Of a stretch of DNA of 64,000 bases, positions 62,752 to 64,000 are shown piece by piece (the first letter of the stretch is position 1; each line of letters begins with the position of its first letter). Under the pieces are notes generated by a model. The model saw only the letters and a program-made list of their open reading frames with translations, was not told the origin of the DNA and did no database searches. Origin of the DNA: Azolla caroliniana (lineage: Eukaryota; Plantae; Polypodiophyta); assembly GCA_043228905.1 (NCBI GenBank), contig JBHGNT010000014.1, positions 3,410,001 to 3,474,000 on the forward strand, given 5' to 3'. Position numbers and translations under genes: made by a program.

Positions 62752-63216
62752 TTTTTGCTTCGAGTCGTGTTCTTTTCGTGCACAGTACAGGGATGGGTGA
62801 CCACCCGGGAAGTCCTGGGCACGGGTTGCGTTCTTTTCCCGCCGGAGCCGTTCCCGTGCGCGTGGGCCTCTTGGCATTCGTAGAGGCGGACGAGAGCATA
62901 GGATGGGTGACGCGTAATGGGGGGCATTGTCATTCGGTGTGGGTTGAGAGTGTCATCCGTATCAACGAGAGGGCGTAAGAGGCTTTATGGGGTGGGCATG
63001 AGTGGCGAGGTTCGAATCCGGGCAGGGGATATATATATGTATATATATATATACATGTAGTCTTTCTCTAGGATCCAAAGCCTTAGCCTTAGCCTTCGCC
63101 GGCGCCCGTCGCGCGTGCGGTTGGGACGGTGACGTGGTGGGTCCCTCGATCTTAGTTGTCCTCGTAGAGCATTTTTGTGTAGGTAGCATTAGTACCTCGG
63201 AACGCAGGGCACTGTC

Positions 63217-63335
63217 GTGGTGCGGTCATACCAGCGCTAATACACCGGATCCCATCAGAACTCCGCAGTTAAGCGCGCTTGGGCCAGAACAGTACTGGGA
63301 TGGGTGACCTCCCGGGAAGTCCTGGTGCTGCACCC
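63217..63335 (+). rRNA. 5S rRNA
   Basis: Identical copy. Confidence 0.97.
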
Positions 63336-63806
63336 TTTTTGCTTCGAGTCGTGTTCTTTTCGTGCACAGTACAGGGATGGGTGACCACCCGGGAAGTCCT
63401 GGGCACGGGTTGCGTTCTTTTCCCGCCGGAGCCGTTCCCGTGCGCGTGGGCCTCTTGGCATTCGTAGAGGCGGACGAGAGCATAGGATGGGTGACGCGTA
63501 ATGGGGGGCATTGTCATTCGGTGTGGGTTGAGAGTGTCATCCGTATCAACGAGAGGGCGTAAGAGGCTTTATGGGGTGGGCATGAGTGGCGAGGTTCGAA
63601 TCCGGGCAGGGGATATATATATGTATATATATATATACATGTAGTCTTTCTCTAGGATCCAAAGCCTTAGCCTTAGCCTTCGCCGGCGCCCGTCGCGCGT
63701 GCGGTTGGGACGGTGACGTGGTGGGTCCCTCGATCTTAGTTGTCCTCGTAGAGCATTTTTGTGTAGGTTGGCATAGCATTAGTACCTCGGAACGCAGGGC
63801 ACTGTC

Positions 63807-63925
63807 GTGGTGCGGTCATACCAGCGCTAATACACCGGATCCCATCAGAACTCCGCAGTTAAGCGCGCTTGGGCCAGAACAGTACTGGGATGGGTGACCT
63901 CCCGGGAAGTCCTGGTGCTGCACCC
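63807..63925 (+). rRNA. 5S rRNA
   Basis: Identical copy. Confidence 0.97.
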
Positions 63926-64000
63926 TTTTTGCTTCGAGTCGTGTTCTTTTCGTGCACAGTACAGGGATGGGTGACCACCCGGGAAGTCCTGGGCACGGGT

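Larger units (their letters stand above)
57134..64000 (+). repeat. 5S rDNA tandem array, 580-596 bp units, continuing past the window end
   Basis: 12 near-identical units; length variants come from a 10-bp (TA) expansion, a 6-bp insertion and a 6-bp deletion. Confidence 0.98.

Noticed and set aside
57123-63897. Repeated 60-128 aa ORFs in the array
   Set aside because: They are incidental frames across GC-rich 5S rDNA units with no protein motifs.
57134-64000. CRISPR-like or Cassandra TRIM interpretation of the repeats
   Set aside because: The spacers are identical, the 5S genes are complete with terminators, and the units have no LTR termini, PBS or PPT.

Overview
Eukaryotic, non-seed land-plant DNA. 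The 5S rRNA resembles my recollection of horsetail/fern-type sequences, which I have not verified. Bases 1-52.9 kb are a deeply nested LTR-retrotransposon cluster resolved by LTR pairs, PBS/PPT and 5-bp target-site duplications (TSDs). It holds six Ty1/copia elements (A, B, D, E, F and an intact G), two Tcn1-like chromoviruses, a non-chromoviral Ty3/gypsy (C) with a long extra ORF, a relic relative of C, an old gypsy host (H), two solo LTRs, and an LTR-derived element bounded by inverted termini. Bases 52.9-57.1 kb are AT-rich low-copy DNA. Bases 57.1-64 kb are the edge of a homogeneous 580-596 bp 5S rDNA tandem array with 12 genes. The most unusual signals are: (1) gypsy C has no polypurine tract; a tRNA-Arg-like T-arm, acceptor strand and CCA sit in its place, so both LTRs are flanked internally by PBS-like sites, and a divergent relative shows the same; (2) Tf1-type self-priming in the chromoviruses, supported by compensatory base changes; (3) a 5-bp-TSD element with 113-bp inverted LTR-derived ends; (4) antisense tRNA-like Pol III boxes in chromovirus U3; (5) extra 5S box-C copies and a B-box in the 5S spacer. 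All coordinates were counted by hand and no database search was run.
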